A stretch of 64,000 nt of DNA from an uncultured Poribacteria bacterium (GCA_958296135.2 CATQHZ020000001.1:2528001-2592000), one strand, 5' to 3'; numbered from the stretch's first letter, positions 1 through 10,314 are shown. The notes: generated by a model from the sequence alone, not told the origin. Numbers and translations: made by a program.

Positions 1-1038
1 GAACGCGCCGATGTTCATGATGCAATAAACAAGCAAATAGAGCATCGCACTTGAGATACCCTCTCGATTGGCCGCCGCCACGCCTATCAGCACATAACCG
101 GCGTGCGCGACACTTGAATACGCGAGCATCCGCTTGATGTTTGTCTGTGCAATGGCGAGGACATTCCCAACCGTCATCGTCAGCATCGCCAAAAGGATGA
201 CAACGCCGCCCCATTCGGGTTGCAGATGCTGTAATGCCTCCGTGAAGATTCTCAGAAAGGCGGCAAAGCCTGCGGCTTTCGGTCCCGCGGAAATGAACGC
301 CGCAATCGTCGTGGGCGCGCCATCGTAAACATCGGGTGCCCACTGATGGAATGGCACAATCGCCACCTTAAACCCGAACCCAACGATGAGCAGGAACATC
401 CCAGCAAGCAGCAGCGGCGATGGGCTCCCCGACGCGACAACTGTCGCAATAGCCGGAATGCTCGTCGTGCCGGTGCCGCCGTAGAGAAGCGCGATACCGT
501 AGAGGAAGAACGCGCTCGCGAACGCGCCAAGCAACAAGTATTTCATCCCTGCCTCACTAGAGACAGCATGTTCGCGGAAATAGCCCGCCAACACATACAG
601 CGACAGCGACATCAATTCCAAGCCGAGGAACACGACAATCAGTTCATTGCCCGCCGCCATCAGCATCATGCCGAGCGTCGCCAGCAAAATGAGCAGATAA
701 TACGGCCCCTGTCTCCTCTCTCGCCGCCGGTCCGCGCTGTCACCTCGCAAATAATTAATAGAAATCAGCGAGACCAGCATCGTTGAAACGAGGAAGATGA
801 TGTTGAAGAAAACGGAGAAACCATCTACGGCAAACATTCCCCCAAAGGTAATGCCATAAGTGCTGTCAAGGCGCATCGTGACAGATACCCACAGTGCAAT
901 CCCGGCTCCGACAATTGTCAGCCACCCTAGCACGGTTTTTGAGAGCGAATCTATCATGTCAAAGACAAGTACGAGGAGCAACGTCAACCCGATAACCAGC
1001 TCGGGCATCAGCAATTGCCAGTTAATATCTATTGGCAT
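1..1038 (-). CDS. nuoN: NADH-quinone oxidoreductase subunit N (runs off window edge)
   Basis: Manual minus-strand translation from ATG 1038 (MPIDINWQLLMPEL...). Contains EAGMKYLLLG, FKVAIVPFHQWAPDVYDGAPT and KRMLAYSSVAHAGY motifs. Last gene of the nuo cluster. Confidence 0.95.
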   Translation of the reverse strand, partial: MPIDINWQLLMPELVIGLTLLLVLVFDMIDSLSKTVLGWLTIVGAGIALWVSVTMRLDSTYGITFGGMFAVDGFSVFFNIIFLVSTMLVSLISINYLRGDSADRRRERRQGPYYLLILLATLGMMLMAAGNELIVVFLGLELMSLSLYVLAGYFREHAVSSEAGMKYLLLGAFASAFFLYGIALLYGGTGTTSIPAIATVVASGSPSPLLLAGMFLLIVGFGFKVAIVPFHQWAPDVYDGAPTTIAAFISAGPKAAGFAAFLRIFTEALQHLQPEWGGVVILLAMLTMTVGNVLAIAQTNIKRMLAYSSVAHAGYVLIGVAAANREGISSAMLYLLVYCIMNIGAF

Positions 1039-1075
1039 TTTTCTATCCTTTCTATTTTTCGTAGAACTGAGCGTG

Positions 1076-2632
1076 CTAGCGCAGAAAAACGAACGTGACA
1101 ATGACAAACAGCGGCATCAAAATCCCGACAGACCAGAGCATAAAGCCGAAGAAACTTGGCATTGGGATATGGCTATCCTCCGCAATCGCCTTCACCATGA
1201 AATTCGGTGCGTTCCCGATGTAGGTATTCGCCCCCATGAAAACAGCACCGACAGAGATGGCAGTGAGCAGTTTCACAAACTCCAGATGCTGCGGCTCCGC
1301 CAACTGTCCGGTGAGAATTTGCGGCACCAAGTCTTCGGTGAGATGCAGTTTGCCGAGAGCAGTGTTAAAGAACGTCAAATACGTCGGCGCATTGTCCAAG
1401 AAACTGGACAGCACCCCGGTTACCCAGAAATAGTGCCACGATTCTTGCATCATTCGGTTTAACCCGCCCAACGCGCCGTTTTCGCCAGCCTTCAAAATCG
1501 CCAAGGCGGGGATGATTGTCATAAAGATACCGGCGAATACCTTCGCCACCTCTTCAATCGGTGCCCATGAAAACTCATTTGCCTGCCGCAATTCACCGCT
1601 GAAGGGAGTAAATTTGAGCGACAATAAGCCCATCGCCACAATAAGCACGTCTCGAAGGATGTTCTGCCATGCAACATGCACGCCGAGAACGTTGACTTCG
1701 CCTAACTTCACCGTCCCACTCATTAGGACAGCGACGACGATACCGAAGAGGAAGATGAGGTTAAAAAGTCCCTCCACCCGAATCGGTTCACGGGTGCCAT
1801 CATCCGGCACTTCGCCGCCTTCGCGTTTGAACATAATGGTGTCTAGCGCGAAGAAAAGCGCGATTAAGAGAACGCTGATGAACAGCATGTGTGGGAAGAG
1901 CACCGTGGTCGTCCAGAAGAACGGAACACCGTGCAGGAATCCCAAAAACAGCGGCGGATCGCCGAGGGGCGTTAGGGCGCCACCGATGTTGCTCACCAAA
2001 AAGATGAAGAAGACAATCAGGTGCACCTTGCTTTTTCGATACGCATTCGCGCGAATCAACGGCCGGATGAGCAACATGGACGCACCCGTTGTGCCTACCC
2101 ACGAGGCAATAGCAGTGCCGATGAAGAGCAGCAACGTGTTCACTAACGGGGTGCCGCGCAAGGTGCCGCGCACCAGCACGCCGCCCGCCACCGTAAACAG
2201 CCCCCACAACAGCACAATAAACGGGATGTAGTCTATCAGATAGATGTGCAGAATGTCGTAGAACGCGCCACCGCGAAAAGCGATGAGATAGGGAATAGCG
2301 AAGACTAACGCCCAGGCAGCAGCCATCTTCCCACCGTGATGGTGAAGAAAATGCGAATCCCACACCACCGGGATAATCGCGATAGAGAGCAGAATACCGA
2401 CGAACGGGGCGATGCTCCAAATAGGCAGTTTTTCCCCGGACACGCCGCCGTGGTGGTGTTCATCGTGCGCGCCAGGCTCGTCGTGCGTGTCATCCGCCGC
2501 AAAGGCAAGCCCCATGGAGCCCACAAGCACTAAAATGATACAAAATGGTAGGAGCGCGCCGCCTAAAAATCTACATTTCTTTACAGACATTAAGCCTCTA
2601 CGAGGCTTAATTGGAAGGGAATCCTTTTTCAC
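1076..2632 (-). CDS. Sodium:proton antiporter family membrane protein (ion-transporter superfamily); start may be ATG 2590
   Basis: Polytopic. Has SNIGGALTPLGDPPLFLG, LSSFLDNAPTY and GAVFMGANTYIGNAPN motifs and a His/acid-rich N-terminal segment. Confidence 0.85.
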   Translation of the reverse strand: MKKDSLPIKPRRGLMSVKKCRFLGGALLPFCIILVLVGSMGLAFAADDTHDEPGAHDEHHHGGVSGEKLPIWSIAPFVGILLSIAIIPVVWDSHFLHHHGGKMAAAWALVFAIPYLIAFRGGAFYDILHIYLIDYIPFIVLLWGLFTVAGGVLVRGTLRGTPLVNTLLLFIGTAIASWVGTTGASMLLIRPLIRANAYRKSKVHLIVFFIFLVSNIGGALTPLGDPPLFLGFLHGVPFFWTTTVLFPHMLFISVLLIALFFALDTIMFKREGGEVPDDGTREPIRVEGLFNLIFLFGIVVAVLMSGTVKLGEVNVLGVHVAWQNILRDVLIVAMGLLSLKFTPFSGELRQANEFSWAPIEEVAKVFAGIFMTIIPALAILKAGENGALGGLNRMMQESWHYFWVTGVLSSFLDNAPTYLTFFNTALGKLHLTEDLVPQILTGQLAEPQHLEFVKLLTAISVGAVFMGANTYIGNAPNFMVKAIAEDSHIPMPSFFGFMLWSVGILMPLFVIVTFVFLR

Positions 2633-4183
2633 TTACTTCGTCTCTGCCTCCTTGTTGATATCTACCCGGGCATACCGGGGAACTTCCTTTATTTTGGTGT
2701 GTCCCATCGCGGGAGCAGTTTCCTGCTGAACCTTCGTCACAACAACGTTCACTGATTTTTCCATCCGACTCAAGAACGGCTTCGGATAAACGCCTATCCA
2801 GACGATGAACAGCAGCACCGGGAACAGCACTACCAACTCGCGTGTGTTCAGATCTGGCAGTGCAGCGTTAATTTTATTCGGTGTGCCGAACATCACGCGT
2901 TGGAACATCCACAGCATATACACTGCCGCCAGAATCACGCCGGTCGCGGCGAGCACAACGTAAACTTTGGAGAAAGCACCGCCGTGAAAGCTGCCGAGCA
3001 GAATCATAAATTCGCCGACGAAACCGTTCAAGCCCGGCAACCCGATGGATGACAAAGTGGTAATCATAAAAATCGTGGCGAAAATTGGCATCGACTTGGC
3101 CACCCCACCGAAATCGACAATCATGCGGCTGTGCCGACGCTCATAAATCATGCCGACGAGGAGGAAGAGCGCGCCGGTGCTCAGCCCATGATTTATCATC
3201 TGCAGCACGCCGCCTTGGATGCCAGCGTGGTGCCGCGTGAAAAGGCCCAACACGACAAACCCAAGGTGGCTCACACTCGAATATGCCACCAATTTCTTCA
3301 GATCTGGTTGCACCATCGCCACTAACGCGCCGTAAATGATGCCGATGACAGCGAGCGTCACTATCAGCGGCGTATACGTCGCCGCCGCATCAGGAAAGAG
3401 CGGCAAACAGAATCGGACGATGCCGTAGGTGCCCATTTTCAACAGCACACCGGCAAGGATAACACTGCCGACTGTCGGTGCCTCGACATGCGCGTCTGGC
3501 AGCCAGGTGTGGAACGGAAACAGCGGCACTTTAATCGCAAACGCAATGAAAAACGCGAGAAATAAGAGGTTCGCGTGCGTGAAGGTGCCGGCTTTCTCAT
3601 AGAGCGGCAGCAGCGCAAAACTATTGTCGTTCTGGAAGTAGAGGTAAAGGATGCCAACCAGCATCAGCGCGCTGCCTGCCATCGTATAGAGCACAAACTT
3701 GACAGTGGCGTAAATGCGCCGTTCACCACCCCAGATGCCGATGAGAAAATACATCGGAATCAGCATCGACTCCCAGAACACGAAGAACAGGAATAAATCC
3801 GTGGCGCAAAACACGCCGAGCATCCCCGTCTCGAGTGCCAGCAACGACATCATAAAGCCGCTGAGCCCCTTCTCCACCGAATTCCATGCGGCGAGGATGC
3901 ACACCGGTGTCAGGAACGTCGTCAGGAGCACCAGCCACAGCGAGATGCCGTCAATGCCGATGTCGTAGCGCGTGCCTAACCCCGAAATCCACGCATGGCT
4001 CTCCTGAAATTGCATCTCGGCGGTAGTCGCATCGAATCCCGTGTAAAGTCCCAACGAGATGAGGAACGTCAGCAATGCCACCGCCATCGCAATGCCTTTC
4101 ACGGCAGATGCTCCTATCCCTCTGAGCAGCGCAATCGCCACTACGCCGAGCAGTGGTAAAAAAATGACTATTGAAAGTAGCAA
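2633..4183 (-). CDS. nuoM: NADH-quinone oxidoreductase subunit M
   Basis: FFVFWE, KVPLFPFHTWLPDAHVEAPT and LKMGTYG motifs; GGAGG RBS before a TTG start. Confidence 0.96.
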   Translation of the reverse strand: MLLSIVIFLPLLGVVAIALLRGIGASAVKGIAMAVALLTFLISLGLYTGFDATTAEMQFQESHAWISGLGTRYDIGIDGISLWLVLLTTFLTPVCILAAWNSVEKGLSGFMMSLLALETGMLGVFCATDLFLFFVFWESMLIPMYFLIGIWGGERRIYATVKFVLYTMAGSALMLVGILYLYFQNDNSFALLPLYEKAGTFTHANLLFLAFFIAFAIKVPLFPFHTWLPDAHVEAPTVGSVILAGVLLKMGTYGIVRFCLPLFPDAAATYTPLIVTLAVIGIIYGALVAMVQPDLKKLVAYSSVSHLGFVVLGLFTRHHAGIQGGVLQMINHGLSTGALFLLVGMIYERRHSRMIVDFGGVAKSMPIFATIFMITTLSSIGLPGLNGFVGEFMILLGSFHGGAFSKVYVVLAATGVILAAVYMLWMFQRVMFGTPNKINAALPDLNTRELVVLFPVLLFIVWIGVYPKPFLSRMEKSVNVVVTKVQQETAPAMGHTKIKEVPRYARVDINKEAETK

Positions 4184-4308
4184 TGAAACCTCCTTTTTTC
4201 GTCTTGGCGCGAAGCGTTCGGTTAGGTTTCTCTCGGCAGAGAGGCTGTCTCTGCATATCCGCTTGCGCCGGGTATCCCTTGGCTAAGTTTTTAGTTTATC
4301 CCTTATTT

Positions 4309-6225
4309 TTACGAAATAAACAGATAATAGGCAAGGAATATGACGATGCCCACAACCATTGACACGATATACGCTTGAACCACGCCAGTCTGAAGCCGCC
4401 GCAATGTTCCGCCAATGATGCGGATAGCCACAGCGACACCGTTGACAATCCCATCAATAATGCCGGTATCCACGACGCGCCACAGCAGATAGTGCGAGAC
4501 ATTCTTAATCGGCTGCACGAAGACAGCGTTATAGACTTCATCAATGTAATATTTGTTCGCCACCAACTTGTGGAGTGCTGTCCCAGGTTGCGCGGCGGGA
4601 GTCCGCTTGCTGTATCGCATCCACGCGAATCCGATGCCAACCAACCCGACAATCGCCGAGATAATCATAAACGGCACTGCGCTGCCAGCCGCTTCGCCGT
4701 GTGCCCCGTTCCCGATTTCCTTCGCCGCCTTAAAGACACTTTCTGTGAAATGGTGGAACGCGCTGCCGTGTCCCCCCCATCCGAGTAGCAGCCCAATTAT
4801 CGCCGATGGGATGGCGAGAATCACCAGCGGCACCCACATCACTGGCGGCGATTCATGCACATGCGAGGCTACGGCTGATGCCACACGAGATTGCCCGTAA
4901 AAAGTGACGAAGATGAGCCGGAACATATAGAACGCTGTCAAGAACGCCGTAATCAAGCCGATAACGTAAATCGCAGGATGGCTTCCCCACGCGCTGTGCA
5001 GAATCTCGTCTTTGCTCCAGAAACCGCTGAGGAACGGAAAGCCGGCAATGGCCAGCGCACCGATAAGGAACGTCCAATGCGTTATTGGCATTTTCGCCTT
5101 CAAGCCGCCCATCTTCCGCATATCCAACTCGTTCGCCATCGCGTGCATCACACTACCCGCCGCAAGGAACATGAGCCCTTTGAAGAATGCATGCGTCATC
5201 AGATGGAAGACACCGGAAGCATACGCACCGACACCGACACCGACGAACATATAGCCGAGTTGACTGACGGTGGAATAGGCGAGGATGCGCTTGATGTCGT
5301 TCTGTGTGAGCGCAATCGTTGCAGCAAAGAACGCCGTTAACACACCAACCCACGCAACAACTTGTCCCGTATGCGCAAGTTCATAAAGCACGGCGGAACG
5401 CGCAATCATATAGACACCCGCTGTCACCATCGTGGCGGCGTGAATTAAGGCACTAACAGGTGTCGGCCCCTCCATCGCATCGGGTAGCCAGACATAGAGC
5501 GGCATCTGTGCCGATTTTCCCACCGCGCCGACGAAGAGCAGCAACGTCGCGATGACGAGGGTGCTCCCGCCGAAAACCTTCTGGAAAGTATCTGCTTCCG
5601 CGGCACCAAAAATTGCAGTGAAATCCAAACTGCCAAACGCAGCAAACAAGGTAAACATGCCGAGCAAGAATCCGAAATCGCCGATGCGGTTGACAATGAA
5701 CGCCTTCTTCCCTGCATCTGTCGCCGATTGTCTCTCATACCAGAACCCGATGAGCAGATAGGAGCAGAGCCCAACACCTTCCCATCCTACGAACATCATC
5801 AAGTAGTTGTTGCCGAGCACCAGCACCAACATCGCGAACACGAACAGGTTGAGATACGCAAAATAGCGCGTATAGCCAGCATCGCCGTGCATGTAGCCGA
5901 TGGAATAGACGTGGATAAGGAACCCAACGCCGGTGATAACGAGAAGCATCACGGTGGTGAGCGCGTCAACGTGGAAACCGATGTTGAAAGTGAATCCTTC
6001 ACCCGCAATCCACTCGTAAAGCACGCCAGCATCGCCTTCCAGCACCGCGCCGCCTTGCACACCGGCAAACGCGACGATAGCACAGATGAACGAAACGAGC
6101 ACCGCCAGCGTGCCTATTCCCCCACTCAACTTCTCGTTACCTTTTAAGAATTTGCCAAACAGCCCATTAATCAGAAACCCGACGAGGGGCGAGATTAACA
6201 GGACAACAATGAGTTCTCGTGACAT
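4309..6225 (-). CDS. nuoL: NADH-quinone oxidoreductase subunit L
   Basis: GWEGVG, NRIGD, GKSAQMPLYVWLPDAMEGPTPVSALIHAATM and HAFFKG motifs. Confidence 0.97.
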   Translation of the reverse strand: MSRELIVVLLISPLVGFLINGLFGKFLKGNEKLSGGIGTLAVLVSFICAIVAFAGVQGGAVLEGDAGVLYEWIAGEGFTFNIGFHVDALTTVMLLVITGVGFLIHVYSIGYMHGDAGYTRYFAYLNLFVFAMLVLVLGNNYLMMFVGWEGVGLCSYLLIGFWYERQSATDAGKKAFIVNRIGDFGFLLGMFTLFAAFGSLDFTAIFGAAEADTFQKVFGGSTLVIATLLLFVGAVGKSAQMPLYVWLPDAMEGPTPVSALIHAATMVTAGVYMIARSAVLYELAHTGQVVAWVGVLTAFFAATIALTQNDIKRILAYSTVSQLGYMFVGVGVGAYASGVFHLMTHAFFKGLMFLAAGSVMHAMANELDMRKMGGLKAKMPITHWTFLIGALAIAGFPFLSGFWSKDEILHSAWGSHPAIYVIGLITAFLTAFYMFRLIFVTFYGQSRVASAVASHVHESPPVMWVPLVILAIPSAIIGLLLGWGGHGSAFHHFTESVFKAAKEIGNGAHGEAAGSAVPFMIISAIVGLVGIGFAWMRYSKRTPAAQPGTALHKLVANKYYIDEVYNAVFVQPIKNVSHYLLWRVVDTGIIDGIVNGVAVAIRIIGGTLRRLQTGVVQAYIVSMVVGIVIFLAYYLFIS

Positions 6226-6334
6226 TTTTTATCAGAATCTCCAGGATTTCAGAATGTGACAGAATTTTCGGCTTTCGCTACGAATAACAGAACGGGGACG
6301 TTGTCCAGTCTTGTATCTCGGGAAACCGGAACTA

Positions 6335-6392
6335 AAAGATGCAAGAAAAGACAATGTCTTTTTCGCCTGGTTAAGACAACTTTCTCTGCACA
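6335..6392. repeat. Left arm of ~58-bp imperfect inverted repeat flanking nuoK; core palindrome AAAAGACA-A-TGTCTTTT
   Basis: aaagatgcaagaaaagacaatgtctttttcg...tctgcaca approximates the reverse complement of 6767-6824. Confidence 0.85.
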
Positions 6393-6428
6393 AGAGAAGC
6401 TGTCCGAACACACTGCGAAATACGAAAA

Positions 6429-6731
6429 TCATCCTTTGAGCGAGTTCACCTCGTCGACGTTAATCGTTTGGCGATGCTTAAAGACGCTGACAATAATCGC
6501 CAACCCAATCGCCACTTCGGCTGCCGCAACCGTCATCACAAAAAAGACGAATACCTGTCCCTCTGTCTGACCGAGGCTCCGGCTAATCGCCACGAAAGCG
6601 AGGTTGGCGGCGTTCAGCATCAGTTCAATACACATAAAAATGATAATCGCATTCCTGCGGACGAGGACACCGATGACACCGGTGGTAAACAGGAGCGCGC
6701 TTAAAATGAGATAGTATTCTAACTCTAACAT
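6429..6731 (-). CDS. nuoK: NADH-quinone oxidoreductase subunit K
   Basis: 100 aa; [10 protein letters not shown] and [11 protein letters not shown] motifs. Confidence 0.97.
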   Translation of the reverse strand: MLELEYYLILSALLFTTGVIGVLVRRNAIIIFMCIELMLNAANLAFVAISRSLGQTEGQVFVFFVMTVAAAEVAIGLAIIVSVFKHRQTINVDEVNSLKG

Positions 6732-6766
6732 TTTGTTGTTCCTTGCGGTGGTTCAACTGTTACTAC

Positions 6767-6824
6767 TGTGCAGAAAAGGCTGACTTAGCCATCCGAAAAG
6801 ACATTGTCTTTTCTTGCAGTCTTT
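6767..6824. repeat. Right arm of inverted repeat flanking nuoK
   Basis: tgtgcagaaaaggc...gaaaagacattgtcttttcttgcagtcttt approximates the reverse complement of 6335-6392. Confidence 0.85.
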
Positions 6825-6842
6825 GGCCAGGTTCTTCTCCGC

Positions 6843-7367
6843 CTAATTATCCGTTGGTTTCTCGCGCTTCACCAAGACGATAACCCCAATCAACGCCGCC
6901 AACAGTATCAGCGACGTAACCTCAAATGGCAAGAGATACTTGCTGAACAACAGTTCCCCAATACCATACGTCGTTACCGCTTCCGGAGCCGGTTGTGCCG
7001 ATGCGACCGCGGTACCGTTGCGTGCGTTCACGGCGATGTAAATGCCTTCCGCCGCAAAGAGGATGCCTAAGACGATGCCAATGCCTTTCAATTTCGCCCC
7101 AGTCGGAGCCCCCTCCCTGTCGCGCCTACCTAAATTCAGAAGCATAATGACGAAGAGGAACAGCACCATAATCGCGCCCGCATAGACAATCACTTGCGCC
7201 GCAGCCACAAAATGCGCGCCGAGCAACACGAAGAGCCCCGCCTGCGCGAAAAACGTCACAATCAGGGCCAATGCGCTGTAAATCGGATGCCGAAACGAAA
7301 TCACCGAAATCGCACCCACTAGCGCCAGCAACCCAAAGACGAAAAACAAAATCTGTTCTGGATTCAT
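6843..7367 (-). CDS. nuoJ: NADH-quinone oxidoreductase subunit J
   Basis: QVIVYAGAIMVLFLFVIMLL and YLLPFEVTS motifs; ATGA overlap with the nuoH stop. Confidence 0.96.
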   Translation of the reverse strand: MNPEQILFFVFGLLALVGAISVISFRHPIYSALALIVTFFAQAGLFVLLGAHFVAAAQVIVYAGAIMVLFLFVIMLLNLGRRDREGAPTGAKLKGIGIVLGILFAAEGIYIAVNARNGTAVASAQPAPEAVTTYGIGELLFSKYLLPFEVTSLILLAALIGVIVLVKREKPTDN

Positions 7368-8665
7368 GACGAACCCTCCGATTCCAGTGTATCTAACCCC
7401 GCAATCTCCGGCGTTGAAACCTCTGGCGGTTTATTCATCACCAGCAGGCCCCCGACAACGGAGATAACGATAAACGCAGCAACCACATTGCCGATACCGA
7501 TGAGCAGCTTGTTGCCGTCCGTCGTTACCCAGAGGAACCCTGTCACGACGATGGAACTCAATGCTACCGGCAGCAGGAACTTCCAACCGAGGTTCATCAG
7601 CTGATCATAGCGGAAGCGAGGGAGTGTCCAACGCACCCAGATAAACACAAACAAAAAAATGGCTGTCTTCGCGAAGAAAATGCCGAAAGAGATGAGCCCG
7701 CTGAGGATGGGGCCTCCGACATTCTCCAATCCGAAGAAGTGCCAGCCGCCCAAGAAGAGCGTTACTGTCACGGCGGAACCGACAATCATGTTCATGTATT
7801 CCGCCATAAAAAACATCGCGAACTTCATGCTACTGTATTCGGTATGGTAACCGGCGACGAGTTCCTGCTCCGCCTCGGCAAGATCGAACGGCAAGCGGTT
7901 CGTCTCCGCGAACATCGCTGTCGTAAACGCCAGAAACGCAGGGAAGTGGATGAGGAAGTTCCAATTCCAGAGGTTTTTCCCTTGTGACTTCGCGATTTCT
8001 CGGAGACTCAACGCCGAGCCCCCCTGCTCCACGACAGTCAGCATCAGCACGCCGATGATTGCCAAGCCGAGCGTCAGCTCGTAACTAATCATCTGCGCCG
8101 ACGAACGCAATCCGCCTAACAGCGAGTATTTGTTGTTCGATGCCCACGCGCCGAGCACAACACCGTAGACTCCGAGGGACGTGATTGCCAAGATATACAA
8201 GATGCCGATATTGATGTCCGCAATCTGGAGCGGTATCGTATGTCCAGCAATTTCGATTGAACCGCCGAACGGCACGACGGCAATCGTTAGCATCGCCGGG
8301 ATGAGGAGCATCGCCGGGGCAAGCACGTAAAGCGGCTTATCGACGTGATTTGGAATCAGGTCCTCCTTCAAAAGGAACTTGATGCCATCAGCGATAGGCT
8401 GAAGCAGGCCTTGGAATCCGACGCGGTTGGGGCCGAGCCGGTCTTGCATCCAGCCGCTGATACGGCGTTCTGCCCAAATCATCGCCATCACCCCGATAAG
8501 CAGCAGATGCGCGATGATGAGAATTTTGACGATGGAACTCAAAAGTAACACGTTAAGTGGTAAACCCATTCTTCTGTATGGCCCTAACGGGTTCGATAAG
8601 GCCCCTTCGGCAAAGAACATTGTCTTGCCAGATCCGCTTGCGACGTTATCGCAAGCTGCCATCAT
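7364..8665 (-). CDS. nuoH: NADH-quinone oxidoreductase subunit H (start uncertain, possibly ATG 8569)
   Basis: ERRISGWMQDRLGPNRVG, QPIADGIK, RSSAQMISYE and AETNRLPFDLAEAEQEL motifs. Confidence 0.96.
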   Translation of the reverse strand: MMAACDNVASGSGKTMFFAEGALSNPLGPYRRMGLPLNVLLLSSIVKILIIAHLLLIGVMAMIWAERRISGWMQDRLGPNRVGFQGLLQPIADGIKFLLKEDLIPNHVDKPLYVLAPAMLLIPAMLTIAVVPFGGSIEIAGHTIPLQIADINIGILYILAITSLGVYGVVLGAWASNNKYSLLGGLRSSAQMISYELTLGLAIIGVLMLTVVEQGGSALSLREIAKSQGKNLWNWNFLIHFPAFLAFTTAMFAETNRLPFDLAEAEQELVAGYHTEYSSMKFAMFFMAEYMNMIVGSAVTVTLFLGGWHFFGLENVGGPILSGLISFGIFFAKTAIFLFVFIWVRWTLPRFRYDQLMNLGWKFLLPVALSSIVVTGFLWVTTDGNKLLIGIGNVVAAFIVISVVGGLLVMNKPPEVSTPEIAGLDTLESEGSS

Positions 8666-8667
8666 TA

Positions 8668-10314
8668 CTACTCAGCCAACTTCACGCCGCTATCGCCAAT
8701 GTTCTGGTGCGTCGCTTCCGCGTAGCCCGACACATTCTCCGAAATAGCAAGGGAGATCTCGCCCGCGAAATGATAGTTCATCTCGCCGCCGAGCTGCCTC
8801 GCGAGTTGCTGAATAATTTCCCAGTCAATACGCGCTTCACCCGGTGCATCCACCGTCTTGCGGATACGCTGCACCCAGCCTTTGGAATTGGTAAAGGTGC
8901 CGTCTTTTTCCGCGAACGTCGTCCCCGGCAACACCACATCTGCAAGCGCGGTTACCTCGGAAGGCAGAACGTCTTGGACGATGAGGAAGTCCACACTCTC
9001 CAGCACTGCCTTCTCTTCTGCTTCAAGCGAACGTTCCGGCGCACCACTGACGAGGTAAACAATGTCCGCCTCGGAGACTTTTTTCCAGAGTGCCTCGCCT
9101 TCCAAAACCGGGGTCCCGTTACTCAGCATTTTACGCGCCCCTGCGGTGTTCGGATTTTTGTCCGCCTCAATGGTAAACTGCGGGAAGGTGTGCTCCTCGC
9201 CCGGCAGGGCACCGAAGAGACCGAGGTGTTCTGTCTTCAACACCTCATGCGCGAATTGCTGCAAAACGTAGTTATCCTCATTCGTGCCTTGCGCCGAACC
9301 GATGACAACCACTTTCTCTGCATCCGCCTCAGACAACTTCTCCGTAATCTGCGTCAGTGCATCAGCCCAGTGCGTCGGTTGAAATTCGCCATCAACTCGC
9401 TTCATCGGCAATTGAAGCCGGTCATCGCTGTTGACGTAGCCGTATCCGAGCCGCCCATCGTCGCACATCCAGTGTTGGTTAATCTCCTCGTGGAATCGGG
9501 GTTTGAGCCGGTAAACGCCATCCTCCTTATATTCCACCGTGATATTGCAACCGACACTGCATCCCGCACAGACGCTCTTCTCCTGTTTCATGAACCAGGG
9601 ACGCGATTTGAAGAGGAAATCCTTGCTGATCAGCGCGCCGACAGGACAAATGTCCACCACATTGCCGGCGAGTTTGTTATCCAGCAGTTGTAACGGCATG
9701 CCATCGTGCGAGCGGGGAATGTCAATCTCGTCGTGAGAACCGCGGTGTATTAAACCGAGCTCATTGCTTCCCGATACCTCTTGACAGAACCGGATGCAGC
9801 GCGTGCAGACAATACACCGCGTCGAATAGAGCAGCACATCGGGCCCGAGGTCTTTCTTAGGCGGGACGTTCTTCACCTCTAAATACCGGCTCTTGTCATG
9901 TCCATGCCGATAGGTGAAATCTTGCAAGTCACATTCGCCTGCCTGATCGCACACCGGACAATCCAGCGGGTGATGGACGAGCAAGAATTCCAAAATATCC
10001 TCCCGTGCCTTCTTGACACGCGGGCTATCGGTATAGACGATAAAATCGTATTTGCCGTCCAGTTTTCTATTCGGCGGGGCGGTTCGGAGCACCGTCGTGC
10101 ATCCGGTCGCGAGCTGCCGGTCTGGCACAATTGCCCCCGCGGGTGGGAAGAAAACGTGAGGTTCAACGAGGCACATCCTGCAATTCGCCGGACGGCTCAG
10201 CCCGGGGTGATAGCAGTAGTGCGGCACCTCAATGCCGTGCAGCCGTGCGGCTTCTACGACGTTCGTTCCGTCTTCCACCTCCACCTCGAGGTCATTCAGT
10301 TTAATAAAGGCCAT
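8668..10314 (-). CDS. nuoG: NADH-quinone oxidoreductase subunit G (short, 548 aa)
   Basis: Fe-S motifs CYHPGL..NCRMC, HPLDCPVCDQAGEC, CIVCTRC...CP and CAGCSVGC; molybdopterin-oxidoreductase-fold C-terminus. Confidence 0.93.
   Translation of the reverse strand: MAFIKLNDLEVEVEDGTNVVEAARLHGIEVPHYCYHPGLSRPANCRMCLVEPHVFFPPAGAIVPDRQLATGCTTVLRTAPPNRKLDGKYDFIVYTDSPRVKKAREDILEFLLVHHPLDCPVCDQAGECDLQDFTYRHGHDKSRYLEVKNVPPKKDLGPDVLLYSTRCIVCTRCIRFCQEVSGSNELGLIHRGSHDEIDIPRSHDGMPLQLLDNKLAGNVVDICPVGALISKDFLFKSRPWFMKQEKSVCAGCSVGCNITVEYKEDGVYRLKPRFHEEINQHWMCDDGRLGYGYVNSDDRLQLPMKRVDGEFQPTHWADALTQITEKLSEADAEKVVVIGSAQGTNEDNYVLQQFAHEVLKTEHLGLFGALPGEEHTFPQFTIEADKNPNTAGARKMLSNGTPVLEGEALWKKVSEADIVYLVSGAPERSLEAEEKAVLESVDFLIVQDVLPSEVTALADVVLPGTTFAEKDGTFTNSKGWVQRIRKTVDAPGEARIDWEIIQQLARQLGGEMNYHFAGEISLAISENVSGYAEATHQNIGDSGVKLAE

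Noticed and set aside
6232-6432. 66-aa ORF between nuoK and nuoL as a nuoI substitute
   Set aside because: It has no CxxCxxCxxxCP motifs and overlaps the inverted-repeat element.
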